DNA of 64,000 nt, from positions 3,040,001 to 3,104,000 of the forward strand of contig OY762069.1 of the NCBI GenBank assembly GCA_963665095.1, read 5' to 3'. The DNA comes from an uncultured Desulfobacter sp. (lineage in GTDB: Bacteria; Desulfobacterota; Desulfobacteria; Desulfobacterales; Desulfobacteraceae). The translations under genes and the position numbers were made by a program. Positions 20,054-29,524 of this stretch are shown here, in pieces. The notes under the pieces are model-generated. The model saw nothing but the letters and a program-made list of their open reading frames with translations, searched no databases and was not told the origin of the DNA. Position 1 is the stretch's first letter. Every line of letters starts with the position of its first letter.

Positions 20054-21219
20054 CTGTCATATCCCCCATACCCCTTGTCAATTTCAAGGGATGCAATCCC
20101 GCTGGTGGATTCACCCCTGGCGCTCTTGATGCTGTCAAGCCCTCTTCCCACGATATCCTGCCTTGACGCATAACCGAGTGCCGTGGCTTCGTCGATCTTT
20201 CCCTCTTCATACAGGCGGATAATATACTCGTCAAAGGAAATCATGCCTTGGGCCTTGCCCGCAACAATGATGTCATTAAATGTCTTCCCTTCAGATTCCC
20301 CGTTAAGGATGGAATCTTTGACACGCAAATTGGTGCCCATCATTTCAAAAGCAGCCACACGCCCCCCCCCGACCTTGGGCAGAAGCCTTTGGGCCACCAC
20401 CCACCTGACCGTATCTGCCAGCCGGATGCGGACCTGCCGCTCCTCTTCTGTGGAAAACATGCCCAGCACACGGTTGATGGTCTGCCCCGCATCCACGGTG
20501 TGCAGGGTGGAGAGCACCAGATGCCCGGTCTCGGCCGCTGCCAGACCAATTTCAACGGTTTCCCGGTCCCGCATCTCACCCACCAGAATCACTTTGGGGG
20601 CCTGGCGTAAGGCCGCCCGCAGGCCTGAGGCAAAGGTATCAAAATCCATGCCCAGCTCACGCTGGTTAAAGGTGGAGCGCTTCTGCTGATGCTGGTACTC
20701 AATGGGGTCCTCAAGGGTGATGACATGAACGGATTTCGTTTCATTAATTTTATCCAGCAATGCGGCAAGGGAGGTGGATTTACCAGACCCTGTGGCACCG
20801 GTGACAAAAATAATACCGTTTTTTACATCGGCCATGGTATGAAAACTCTGGGGAAGGTTCAGCATCTCAATGGTAGGGATGGTGGCTTCAAGTTTTCGTA
20901 ACACAATGGCGTATTTGCCTGATCTGGAAAATATATTTACCCTGAATCTGGCCTTGGTGCCCAGCTGATAGGACAAATCGCAGCTGCCTTCACGCAGCAG
21001 GGTTTCGGTGAGTTTTCTGTCATTATGGAGCAGATTCAACGCCAAAGCTTCCGTCTGAAACGGGGTCAAAATTTTAAAATCCGGCTCCATATCCACAGCA
21101 ACAAGCTGGCCTGAACTCTCCACCTGAAGGGGCTTTCCCGGTGTGAAGTTAAGGTCCGACACATTGCCGTGGGCATCCAGCATTTTGGAAAGGATATAGT
21201 CAAGCTGCTGTTTTTTCAT
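20050..21219 (-). CDS. PilT/PilU-family pilus retraction ATPase
   Basis: GATGSGKST, LEDPIE, RAALRQAPKVILVGEMRD, STLHT. Confidence 0.92.
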   Translation of the reverse strand: MKKQQLDYILSKMLDAHGNVSDLNFTPGKPLQVESSGQLVAVDMEPDFKILTPFQTEALALNLLHNDRKLTETLLREGSCDLSYQLGTKARFRVNIFSRSGKYAIVLRKLEATIPTIEMLNLPQSFHTMADVKNGIIFVTGATGSGKSTSLAALLDKINETKSVHVITLEDPIEYQHQQKRSTFNQRELGMDFDTFASGLRAALRQAPKVILVGEMRDRETVEIGLAAAETGHLVLSTLHTVDAGQTINRVLGMFSTEEERQVRIRLADTVRWVVAQRLLPKVGGGRVAAFEMMGTNLRVKDSILNGESEGKTFNDIIVAGKAQGMISFDEYIIRLYEEGKIDEATALGYASRQDIVGRGLDSIKSARGESTSGIASLEIDKGYGGYDR

Positions 21220-21251
21220 GCCTTACTCCTGGAAATAGACTAAACCGTTTA

Positions 21252-22334
21252 TCAGGCTTCTGTAAAATCCGTGGGCGGCGTCTTAAGAAAGGGCCTGAAC
21301 AGGGATTTATTATTGGCCTTGGCATACGCTTCATCCGGGCTGATCTTCCCTTTTTTATACAGATCCATGATGGCATCATCCAGAAGCTGCATGCCGTACT
21401 GTTTTCCGGTCTGAATCATGGAAGGGATCTGGTGGGTTTTGGATTCACGGATTAAATTTCTCACCGCGGGGGTTGCCACAAGGATTTCCAGGGCCGCGCA
21501 CCGGCCTTTTTTGTCTACGCGTTTAAACAGCACCTGGGCCACCACGGCCCTGAGACCATCTGCCAGAGTGGAGCGAATCTGGGCCTGTTCGGTGCTGGGG
21601 AACACCTCAATGATTCTGTCCACGGTTTTGTGTGCACTTGAGGTATGCAGGGTGCCGAATACCAGGTGGCCGGTGGAGGCAGCTTCTATGGCCAGAGAGA
21701 TGGTTTCAAGATCCCGGAGCTCGCCAACCAGGATAATATCCGGATCTTCACGCAGGGCACCGCGAAGCGCTGCGGAAAACGTTTTGGTATGAAGGCCAAC
21801 CTCCCTGTGGTTCACAATACAGCTCTGGCTTTTGTGTACAAACTCAATGGGGTCTTCCACGGTAATAATATGATCTTTCCGGTGCTGATTGGCCTGGTCA
21901 ATGATGGCTGCCAGGGTCGTTGATTTACCAGACCCCGTAGGCCCTGTTACGAGTACAAGCCCCCTTGGCAGATCTGCCAGCTTGGAAATGACGGGGGGCA
22001 GCCCGAGTTGATCCGTGGTCATGATATCAGACGGAATTTCACGAAATACGGCTGCTATGCCGTTTTTCTGCATGAAATAGTTGGCCCTGTACCGGGCAAG
22101 GCCTGGAATTTCGTAAGCAAAATCCACATCCCCGGTCTCTTCAAACACCTTGATTTTTTCCTGGGAAGTGATTTCATTCAACATTGCCCGCAGCTTATCA
22201 TTGGTCAACTTGTCGTATTTAATTCTCTCAATATCACCATGAAGCCTCAAAGCCGGCTGCTGCCCGGCGGTCAGGTGCAGATCCGAAGCACCCTGTTCAT
22301 GCATCAATTTAAAAAACGCATCTATTTCAGCCAT
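21252..22334 (-). CDS. pilT: Twitching motility ATPase PilT
   Basis: ASDLHL, GPTGSGKST, ALREDPD, GTLHT, AVRNLIRE motif. Confidence 0.95.
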   Translation of the reverse strand: MAEIDAFFKLMHEQGASDLHLTAGQQPALRLHGDIERIKYDKLTNDKLRAMLNEITSQEKIKVFEETGDVDFAYEIPGLARYRANYFMQKNGIAAVFREIPSDIMTTDQLGLPPVISKLADLPRGLVLVTGPTGSGKSTTLAAIIDQANQHRKDHIITVEDPIEFVHKSQSCIVNHREVGLHTKTFSAALRGALREDPDIILVGELRDLETISLAIEAASTGHLVFGTLHTSSAHKTVDRIIEVFPSTEQAQIRSTLADGLRAVVAQVLFKRVDKKGRCAALEILVATPAVRNLIRESKTHQIPSMIQTGKQYGMQLLDDAIMDLYKKGKISPDEAYAKANNKSLFRPFLKTPPTDFTEA

Positions 22335-22440
22335 TTTTTCCCCTTTTACTTTAACGGTTTTTAATTGAAGACAGGTTTCGTTTAAGCAGCAGTCCTGATT
22401 CTATTCAGGGGCCTGCCGCCGGAGCCTCTTTAGGAAAGAA

Positions 22441-22941
22441 TCAGGCCCGCCGGATAAACTTCAGTGCAGCATCAGACTCATCAGCTGCCTCGTTTTCTTC
22501 TTTGGTCATTTCAAGCAGTTTTGAATGCGATTCAAGAACTGAACTGATCTGCATTTCAAGCTGAATACGCTGGCGTTTGAGTTCAGTGATATCACTGTGG
22601 AGCTGGGCAAGGCGTTTATGGGCACGGTTCAGAATTTTTTCAGCCTCTACTTCGGCATTGGCAATAGTGACCTGAACCGTTTTCTGCGCATTATCCTTCA
22701 TCTGATCCAGCACTTTCTGGGACTGAATCATGGCATTTTTCATGGAGTCTTCCCGTTTTCTGTAGCCCTGATTCTCCAGATTCAGCCGGTGATTCTCCTG
22801 CCTGAGGTTGTCTATGGCAACTTCCTGGGATTCCAGCTCCCTTGCCACCTCCTCAAGAAACGTATCCACTTCCTGAACATCAAACCCCCTGAAACGGGTG
22901 GAAAATTCCTTTTGTTTGATCACCAGTGGTGTAACGCCCAT
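22441..22941 (-). CDS. divIVA: DivIVA domain protein
   Basis: TP..I..KEF..RFRGFD..EVD.FL followed by a coiled coil. Confidence 0.9.
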   Translation of the reverse strand: MGVTPLVIKQKEFSTRFRGFDVQEVDTFLEEVARELESQEVAIDNLRQENHRLNLENQGYRKREDSMKNAMIQSQKVLDQMKDNAQKTVQVTIANAEVEAEKILNRAHKRLAQLHSDITELKRQRIQLEMQISSVLESHSKLLEMTKEENEAADESDAALKFIRRA

Positions 22942-22961
22942 AAAAAAACTCCCTATTATGG

Positions 22962-23261
22962 TTATGACATTGAACGGGCCAGACCGATCAGACTCTTTAC
23001 AACAAAATTCTGTATAAAAATAATAGCTAAAAATACAACGATCGGAGAAAGATCCAGGCCGCTGAAATTAACCGGCAGATATTTTCGAATAAGGTAAAAA
23101 ACAGGTTCCGTGGCCCTGCGAAGGAACCTGACAATAGGGTTATATGGGTCTGGATTGACCCAGGACAGGACAGCAGCCGCAATAACAATCCACATATATA
23201 TATTTAGTGCATAATCAAGGACAATGGCTACGGCCATAAAGAAATTGGCTAATATCAGCAT
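22962..23261 (-). CDS. yggT: YggT family membrane protein
   Basis: LSWVNPDPYNPIV..L...TEP...GLDLSP. Confidence 0.92.
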   Translation of the reverse strand: MLILANFFMAVAIVLDYALNIYMWIVIAAAVLSWVNPDPYNPIVRFLRRATEPVFYLIRKYLPVNFSGLDLSPIVVFLAIIFIQNFVVKSLIGLARSMS

Positions 23262-23508
23262 ACCGGATCACTTAAATTCAGGTTAATTTTCACAAATTCT
23301 GTGTTATCGTGAAACATTTGAAAAGTCAAGTTTTTTTGCCTCTGTGAAAAAACCGCTTTGTAGCAGATCCGGCCCCTCAAACCTATGCGTTTCCAACTGC
23401 CGGACTCTGCTGAACCCGTTTCACATAACGAAATTTTACTTCACAAAAAACAGCTTGTCTGTTAGAAACGTCACTGATTCTTTTAACTTTTATAAAAACA
23501 ATAACTTT

Positions 23509-25005
23509 TTGACTATTTTGAAGCAAATACTCCACTTTATTAAAGCCCTTTTTACCGGCAAACCACAAAACCAGTCCCCTCCGGAAGAGGCAGAAAATTC
23601 AAGTCTCGCGCTCTCAAAACAGACGCTTGACGTGGCAGCAGATTCAAAGCCAGGTCCCGGCAAGCCCAAGCCAGCCCCAAAACCCAGAAAACCGCGCTGG
23701 ACCACGGGCAATTTCCAGGCCCCCCCCAAGGAGGGCAAAACCCGGTTCCATGACCTGAACCTGACCACGGGTCTGATGCACGCTATCTGTGATCTTGAAT
23801 TCAAATACTGTACAGATATTCAGGCACAGCTTCTGCCCCATACCCTTAAAGGTCAGGATGCCACCGCCAAGGCCCAGACCGGAACAGGAAAAAGCGCCTC
23901 CTTTATCATTACATTGCTGAACTGTTTTGTGCGCAAACCCGTTAAACGGGAAAAAAAATATCCCCGGGCACTGATTCTTGCCCCCACCAGAGAGCTGGTG
24001 TATCAGATTGAAAAGGACTTTAAAGGGCTTGCCAAATATTCCCATATTAACATTGTATCCGTATTTGGCGGCACCGGGTACACCCAGCAGCAGAAACTGC
24101 TTACCCAAAAGCCGGTGGACGTTATTGCCGCGACACCTGGCCGTCTCCTTGACTTTATTTCAAAAAAAATAATTGATCTGTCCCGGGTTGAAATTGTTGT
24201 CATTGATGAGGCGGACCGGATGCTGGATATGGGGTTTATTCCCGATGTCAGGCGCCTTATTTACATGACCCCGCACAAAGACAAACGCCAGACACTGTTT
24301 TTTTCCGCCACGCTGACGGATGAAGTCCTGCGGCTGGCTGATTCCTGGACACGGGAGGCCGTGCGTATTGAAATTGATCCGGAACAGGCGGCTGCCGATT
24401 CCATTACCCAGATCGTTTATCTGACAACGGAAGATGATAAATTTAAGAATGTCTGCAACTTGTTAATTTCTGAAAACCTTGAACGGGTCATCATATTTGT
24501 CAACCGGAAGGATACGGCAAGATTCTTGTCGGATAAGCTATCACGGTACGGCCAAAAAGCAGGTGTTCTGTCCGGGGATGTGGCCCAGGACAAGCGGTTT
24601 AAAGTCCTTAATGGATTTAAAACCGGAGAAATCAGTGTTCTTGTAGCCACAGATGTGGCAGCCAGAGGTCTGCATATCGAAAACATCAGCCATGTCGTTA
24701 ATTATGATTTACCCCTGGAACCTGAGCATTACATACACCGGATCGGAAGGACCGGCCGGGCTGGTGCAACAGGCACCTCAATCAGCTTTGCCGATGAAAT
24801 GAGTTCCTTTCAAATTCCTAAAATTGAAGAGGTTCTCGGGCATAAAATCAGCTGTGAATACCCCACCCCGGCCCTGGAGGCGGACCTGCCGGCACCAATG
24901 CCTGTAAAACACAATTCCGGACAAAATCAAACAAGTCAAAACAGCGGGAAGTCTTACAGAAGACGGAGAAGCCCCAGAAAGCCTGCACCGGCCAAAAACC
25001 ATTGA
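23509..25005 (+). CDS. rhlB: DEAD-box RNA helicase (RhlB-like)
   Basis: AQTGTGKS, PTREL, TPGR, DEAD, SAT, ARGL, HRIGRTGR. Start uncertain (TTG 23509 chosen). Confidence 0.85.
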   Translation: MTILKQILHFIKALFTGKPQNQSPPEEAENSSLALSKQTLDVAADSKPGPGKPKPAPKPRKPRWTTGNFQAPPKEGKTRFHDLNLTTGLMHAICDLEFKYCTDIQAQLLPHTLKGQDATAKAQTGTGKSASFIITLLNCFVRKPVKREKKYPRALILAPTRELVYQIEKDFKGLAKYSHINIVSVFGGTGYTQQQKLLTQKPVDVIAATPGRLLDFISKKIIDLSRVEIVVIDEADRMLDMGFIPDVRRLIYMTPHKDKRQTLFFSATLTDEVLRLADSWTREAVRIEIDPEQAAADSITQIVYLTTEDDKFKNVCNLLISENLERVIIFVNRKDTARFLSDKLSRYGQKAGVLSGDVAQDKRFKVLNGFKTGEISVLVATDVAARGLHIENISHVVNYDLPLEPEHYIHRIGRTGRAGATGTSISFADEMSSFQIPKIEEVLGHKISCEYPTPALEADLPAPMPVKHNSGQNQTSQNSGKSYRRRRSPRKPAPAKNH

Positions 25006-25010
25006 ACCGG

Positions 25011-25039
25011 TTGACACCCCCACCGGTTCAATGTAAAAC
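25011..25039 (+). promoter_or_regulatory. Sigma70-type promoter upstream of tatBC
   Basis: TTGACA-N17-TAAAAC. Confidence 0.55.
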
Positions 25040-25089
25040 CAACCTGATAATTCAGAATAATCTGCAATCACAAGGAGTAACACCCGCAT

Positions 25090-25542
25090 ATGTTTGGTCT
25101 TGGAATGCCGGAAATCTTGTTGATACTGGCCATTGCACTGATTGTCATCGGCCCCCAGAAACTGCCGGAAGTCGCTAAAACCCTTGGCAGGGCAATGGGA
25201 GAATTTAAACGGTCTGCCCAGGATTTAAAAAGATCCATCGATATAGATACCACACCGGTAAAAGAAGAAGTAAAACCGAGGCCTGCAAAGAAAAAACTCA
25301 AAGATGTGATCAAGGAGATGACTTCGGAAGAGTCTGAAGAGTCCACGCCGGCATCCCAGCCCCCTGTTACGGCCAAAAGTGACACCACACGTTCCCAGGA
25401 CGACGCTACGAAGTCGGAACAGCCGTCACAGGAGAGCCCGTCCGGCGCTGCCGACGCTTCTTCATACGCCCCGGACTGTGATCCTGTATCAGAAAATTCA
25501 GATACAGCTGCCAAGTCTGCCACAGAATCGTCTAAATCCTAA
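25090..25542 (+). CDS. tatB: Twin-arginine translocase subunit TatB/TatA
   Basis: MFGLGMPEILLILAIALIVIGPQKLP; upstream of tatC. Confidence 0.85.
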   Translation: MFGLGMPEILLILAIALIVIGPQKLPEVAKTLGRAMGEFKRSAQDLKRSIDIDTTPVKEEVKPRPAKKKLKDVIKEMTSEESEESTPASQPPVTAKSDTTRSQDDATKSEQPSQESPSGAADASSYAPDCDPVSENSDTAAKSATESSKS

Positions 25543-25560
25543 ATCAGTCAGGTATCTGCC

Positions 25561-26409
25561 ATGAGCGACCAGGAAGGAAAAAGCCCTTTTACCGAACATT
25601 TAGGAGAGTTGAGGGATCGCCTGATTCACTCCTTCATTGCCGTAGGTATCGGATTTGTTGCCGCATATTTTTTTAAAGAAAAATTATTTGAACTGCTGAC
25701 CGCCCCTCTAGTTACAGCCATGTCTGAAAGCGGCCATGCCAAGCTGATCTTTACCGGACTGCCTGAAGCTTTCTTCACCTACCTCAAGGTCGCCCTGATG
25801 GCCGGCATTATCCTTGCCACCCCGGTTCTGTTTTATGAATTCTGGATGTTTGTTTCACCCGGGCTGTACAGAAATGAAAAAAAATATATTCTACCCATTA
25901 TTCTGTTATCCGTTATTTTCTTTATGGCAGGGTCATCATTCGGGTATTTCATTGTTTTCCCGTACGGATTTCAGTTTTTCTTAGGTTTTACCACAGAAAC
26001 CATCCAGGCCATGCCCTCCATGAAAGAGTACCTTTCATTTGCATCTAAAATGCTTCTGGCCTTTGGTTTTGTTTTTGAACTGCCCCTGGTGCTGACTTTT
26101 CTCTCCCGCATGGGCCTGGTCTCCACCGATTTTTTAAAAAAGAACAGAAAATATGCCCTGCTCTTATTTTTCGTAGGCGCTGCCATCATCACCCCGCCGG
26201 ATGTGGTCACCCAGGTCATGATGGCCATGCCACTCATTCTCCTGTATGAGATAGGAATCATCGGCGCAATGGTTTTCGGGCGAAAATCCCCGGTTCAGGA
26301 TGATGAGGCAGAGGAAGACGGAAATGGGGAAGACACAACTCAGGAAGAAATTCTTGACGATGACGGAGTACCCGGCAGTGATACGGATGATGAAGAGATC
26401 ATTGATTAA
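25561..26409 (+). CDS. tatC: Twin-arginine translocase subunit TatC
   Basis: EHLGELR, FVSPGLY..E, FGFVFELP, AIITPPD. Confidence 0.95.
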   Translation: MSDQEGKSPFTEHLGELRDRLIHSFIAVGIGFVAAYFFKEKLFELLTAPLVTAMSESGHAKLIFTGLPEAFFTYLKVALMAGIILATPVLFYEFWMFVSPGLYRNEKKYILPIILLSVIFFMAGSSFGYFIVFPYGFQFFLGFTTETIQAMPSMKEYLSFASKMLLAFGFVFELPLVLTFLSRMGLVSTDFLKKNRKYALLLFFVGAAIITPPDVVTQVMMAMPLILLYEIGIIGAMVFGRKSPVQDDEAEEDGNGEDTTQEEILDDDGVPGSDTDDEEIID

Positions 26410-26627
26410 GTCTTTGTTCTAAATTAAAAAACCGTCATGATTTTCTGAGAGAGGCGCGAATAGAAGAGATGGGCCATACTGAACAATCGTAACTTTGATT
26501 TGGATGGTATTGACTTTAAGCCGGCCCTGGGTGTAAAAAGGCCAGATAGAAAATAAATATATCCGGTAAGTGTAATACCGGGAGAGATAAGATAGATTAA
26601 CAACTTTTTTAAAGGAGAAGAGAGGTT

Positions 26628-27095
26628 ATGAGTAAAAAAAGTATCACACTTCTGCTGGCTGCAGGTATTGCTGTGATTTTTCTTGCCACCGGACTTCAGG
26701 CAGGCACCAAGGTAAATGACGTCATTACCATGGAGAGCAAGGTTATCAAAAACCGCAAAAAAGGGCCTGACGCTAAAAAGCCGTGTAAACTGGTTGAGTT
26801 CACCCATAAAAAACACAGTGAAGATTACAAACTTTCCTGTGGTGACTGCCACCACGACAAAGACGGCAAACCCCTTGCCAGCCTGAAAATGGGTGATGAT
26901 GTAAAAAAATGTGACGAATGCCACAATCGCGAAAAAGCCAAAGCATCAGACAAAACCTTTCAGGGCAAATACAAGAAAAAACCTGTGGATATTAAACAGT
27001 ATGAATCAGCCATTCACGAGAACTGCATTGGCTGCCACAAGGAAAAAGGCCTGAAAGAAGGCACCAAATGCGGTGACTGCCATAAAAATATGTAG
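26628..27095 (+). CDS. Periplasmic tetraheme cytochrome c3 (class III)
   Basis: Signal peptide; FTHKKH; four CxxCH motifs (CGDCH, CDECH, CIGCH, CGDCH); Lys-rich. Confidence 0.92.
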   Translation: MSKKSITLLLAAGIAVIFLATGLQAGTKVNDVITMESKVIKNRKKGPDAKKPCKLVEFTHKKHSEDYKLSCGDCHHDKDGKPLASLKMGDDVKKCDECHNREKAKASDKTFQGKYKKKPVDIKQYESAIHENCIGCHKEKGLKEGTKCGDCHKNM

Positions 27096-27137
27096 GATCG
27101 TATAGCAAGAAAGATACAACTACATGTTATAAAGTTC

Positions 27138-27174
27138 AAAGGGGAAAATCACAAACAAGATTTTCCCCTTTTTT
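27138..27174 (+). terminator. Intrinsic terminator
   Basis: AAAGGGGAAAATC-loop-GATTTTCCCCTTTTTT. Confidence 0.8.
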
Positions 27175-27303
27175 CTTTCCTCAGTTATTGATCACTTGAA
27201 ATACAATCCGTCACATGCTTGTCTGACTCTGATGACCCCATATGTGCCTGTGGCATGGTACCGATTTCCTTGCAACATGGTGATTCCTAAATCCTGCCTG
27301 GAG

Positions 27304-29511
27304 TCATCCCACACACCCAAGGCTTGGATCCTGCACCACAATGGTACGTCTCCGACGCTTCTTTTTCACCTGGCAAAGCAGGGTTTTATACACCGGAAAC
27401 CCGGATATGGGATCAAACTGCTCCAGGTCCGTGAGTACATTGACATTGGCCTTGCGCCAGGATTCAGATCCCAAAGGACCACCCCCACCCACAGGCGCAT
27501 AGACAAAGCCGGCCATCACATCGTCGGTAACATAGGCACGCATCTCCACAAAACCTCTGGCTGTTTTCACCACCACGGCATCCCCGGGTTCAATTTTTCT
27601 GTCTGCCGCGTCCTTTGGATTCATCTGAACCAGGGGATCGGGGTATTTTTTAATAAAATCGGGGATGGCCCTTAAACAGGACTTCATGTCCGGCTTAAAT
27701 GGTCCGGTCCCAAGCACCAGTGGGAAACGACCTACCATGAGCGGGCGGCTAACAGGGGTTTCAAAGGACTCCTCATATTTGGGCAGGCCCTCATATCCCA
27801 TCTTTTCAAGCAGACAAGATTTAATCTCAAACTTACCTGACGGGGTTTCAAATCCGGGTTTTCCGTCCTTTCGTAAAAGCCCTGTTTCCCATTTCCTGTA
27901 GGCCATGGGTTCTGCTTTCTGACGATATGTCAGACGCTCATCCTGTTCAAGATCAGCCCTTGAAATGCCAGTGCCCTTGAGCGCCTGATCCAAAAGCGTG
28001 ATTTCATCGGCCGGGAACCGGTCTGCATACCCAAGTTTTCCCGCCAGTTCCGTTAAAATCGTAAAGCATGGCCTGCTGTCCCCCACCGGCTCAATCATTT
28101 TTTCTCTCAACCTTACAGCATTGCCGTAAAAACAGTAGGAAGACTGCTCAAATGCGGTGGTGGCCGGCAGAACAATATCAGCCCAGGCGGCATCCCGGGT
28201 AAGCTGCAGGTCAATGCTCACCATAAAATCCAGGGCGTCAAAGGCCTTTTGCCACAGAATGGGATTGGGCCAGGAGGTAAGAATGGAGGCCCCGAGCACA
28301 AAAAGTCCCCGGATTTTATAGGGGTCGGACTCCAGAATGGCTTTAGGCAGACGGTTGGCATGGGGCTCACCGCCGCAGAAATGGGCATACACCGGGAAAT
28401 GACCGGCACCGATGGATTTATCAAACCCCGGTGTGGCAATCTGGTGATCTTTGTTCAAATGGATCTGATTTTCATGGCGGACAAAACAGCGGCCCCCCTC
28501 CACATCCATCTGTCCGGCCAGCGCCCAGAGGACCTGCACCGCCCGGATGTTCTGGACACCGGATTTGGTATACTCCAGCCCTGTGTACATCACATAACTG
28601 GCCCCTTCGGCGTCTGCAATCTCTTCGGCCAGTTCCATGATCAGGTCCCGGGGAACACTGGTGATGCCGGCCACGGTCTCCGGGGTAAATTCTTCCACAT
28701 ACCGGACGAACTCGTCATACCCGACAGTCCACTCTTCCACAAAGGCGTGGTCCACCCACCCCTCCCGGATTAAAATATGGCACAGACCCAGGGCCAGGGC
28801 ACCGTCCGTACCCGGACGGATGGGCACCCACAAACTGTCCGGCAGTTTGGCAGATGCGGTCTGCCTTGGATCTATAACAATAATCCGTGCCCCTTCATGG
28901 GCAGCCCTGACCAGACGGCCGAACATGGCGGGCGGCGTGGAGGTGGACGGGTCTGTGCCCCAGACAAAGATCAAATCTGAATTATCCACGTCAGAAAACA
29001 TATCCGTGTGCAGACATCCGCAGGTCAGCTGAGGGGCCAGCACACCCAGGGAGGTGTAGCAGGGCGCCCCTACCCCAAAGGTATTGGGCGACCCATAGGG
29101 AAACAGAATACTTGAGGCCAGATAGATATGGGAACCGGCCAGCTGGAAGGCATCTTTAAATGCCCGCTCATAGGAGCCTGTACCCGCGTAAAACCCCAAT
29201 GCCTCTGGCCCGAGCCTCGCTTTAATTTTTTCCATATTTTCGGCAATAAGATCAAAGGCTTCATCCCAGGAAATTGGTTCAAAATCAAGTTTTCCCTTGG
29301 GACCTGTCCGCTTTAACGGCTGTCGGATCCGATCCTTTGAATAAATGATCTGCTTTGCACTGGCAGCCATGGGGCACAGTACCTCGCCCATGGGGGCATC
29401 AGGATCCGGAGTGAGCCGGTCGATTTTTCCATCATCATCAAAATGAACCATCACCCCGCATCCGGGGCTGTGAAAACATAATCCGCAAATGCCTGGTTTC
29501 TGCGTTTCCAA
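27304..29511 (-). CDS. Cytoplasmic Mo/W-bis-PGD oxidoreductase, acetylene hydratase/MES-like
   Basis: Fe-S motif C9,C12,C18,C46; ISWDEA; probable metal ligand in GVGAPC151Y; IVIDPR, PIRPGTD, MYTGLEY, ADIVLP, TPSGKFE; no Tat signal; TTG start with GGAGG RBS. Confidence 0.88.
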   Translation of the reverse strand: METQKPGICGLCFHSPGCGVMVHFDDDGKIDRLTPDPDAPMGEVLCPMAASAKQIIYSKDRIRQPLKRTGPKGKLDFEPISWDEAFDLIAENMEKIKARLGPEALGFYAGTGSYERAFKDAFQLAGSHIYLASSILFPYGSPNTFGVGAPCYTSLGVLAPQLTCGCLHTDMFSDVDNSDLIFVWGTDPSTSTPPAMFGRLVRAAHEGARIIVIDPRQTASAKLPDSLWVPIRPGTDGALALGLCHILIREGWVDHAFVEEWTVGYDEFVRYVEEFTPETVAGITSVPRDLIMELAEEIADAEGASYVMYTGLEYTKSGVQNIRAVQVLWALAGQMDVEGGRCFVRHENQIHLNKDHQIATPGFDKSIGAGHFPVYAHFCGGEPHANRLPKAILESDPYKIRGLFVLGASILTSWPNPILWQKAFDALDFMVSIDLQLTRDAAWADIVLPATTAFEQSSYCFYGNAVRLREKMIEPVGDSRPCFTILTELAGKLGYADRFPADEITLLDQALKGTGISRADLEQDERLTYRQKAEPMAYRKWETGLLRKDGKPGFETPSGKFEIKSCLLEKMGYEGLPKYEESFETPVSRPLMVGRFPLVLGTGPFKPDMKSCLRAIPDFIKKYPDPLVQMNPKDAADRKIEPGDAVVVKTARGFVEMRAYVTDDVMAGFVYAPVGGGGPLGSESWRKANVNVLTDLEQFDPISGFPVYKTLLCQVKKKRRRRTIVVQDPSLGCVG

Positions 29512-29524
29512 ACGACCTCCTTCC

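Noticed and set aside
27210..27306. Selenocysteine read-through of the TGA ending the Mo/W enzyme (GCVG-TGA)
   Set aside because: No recognisable SECIS hairpin after the TGA, and the 30-codon extension has no protein-like features
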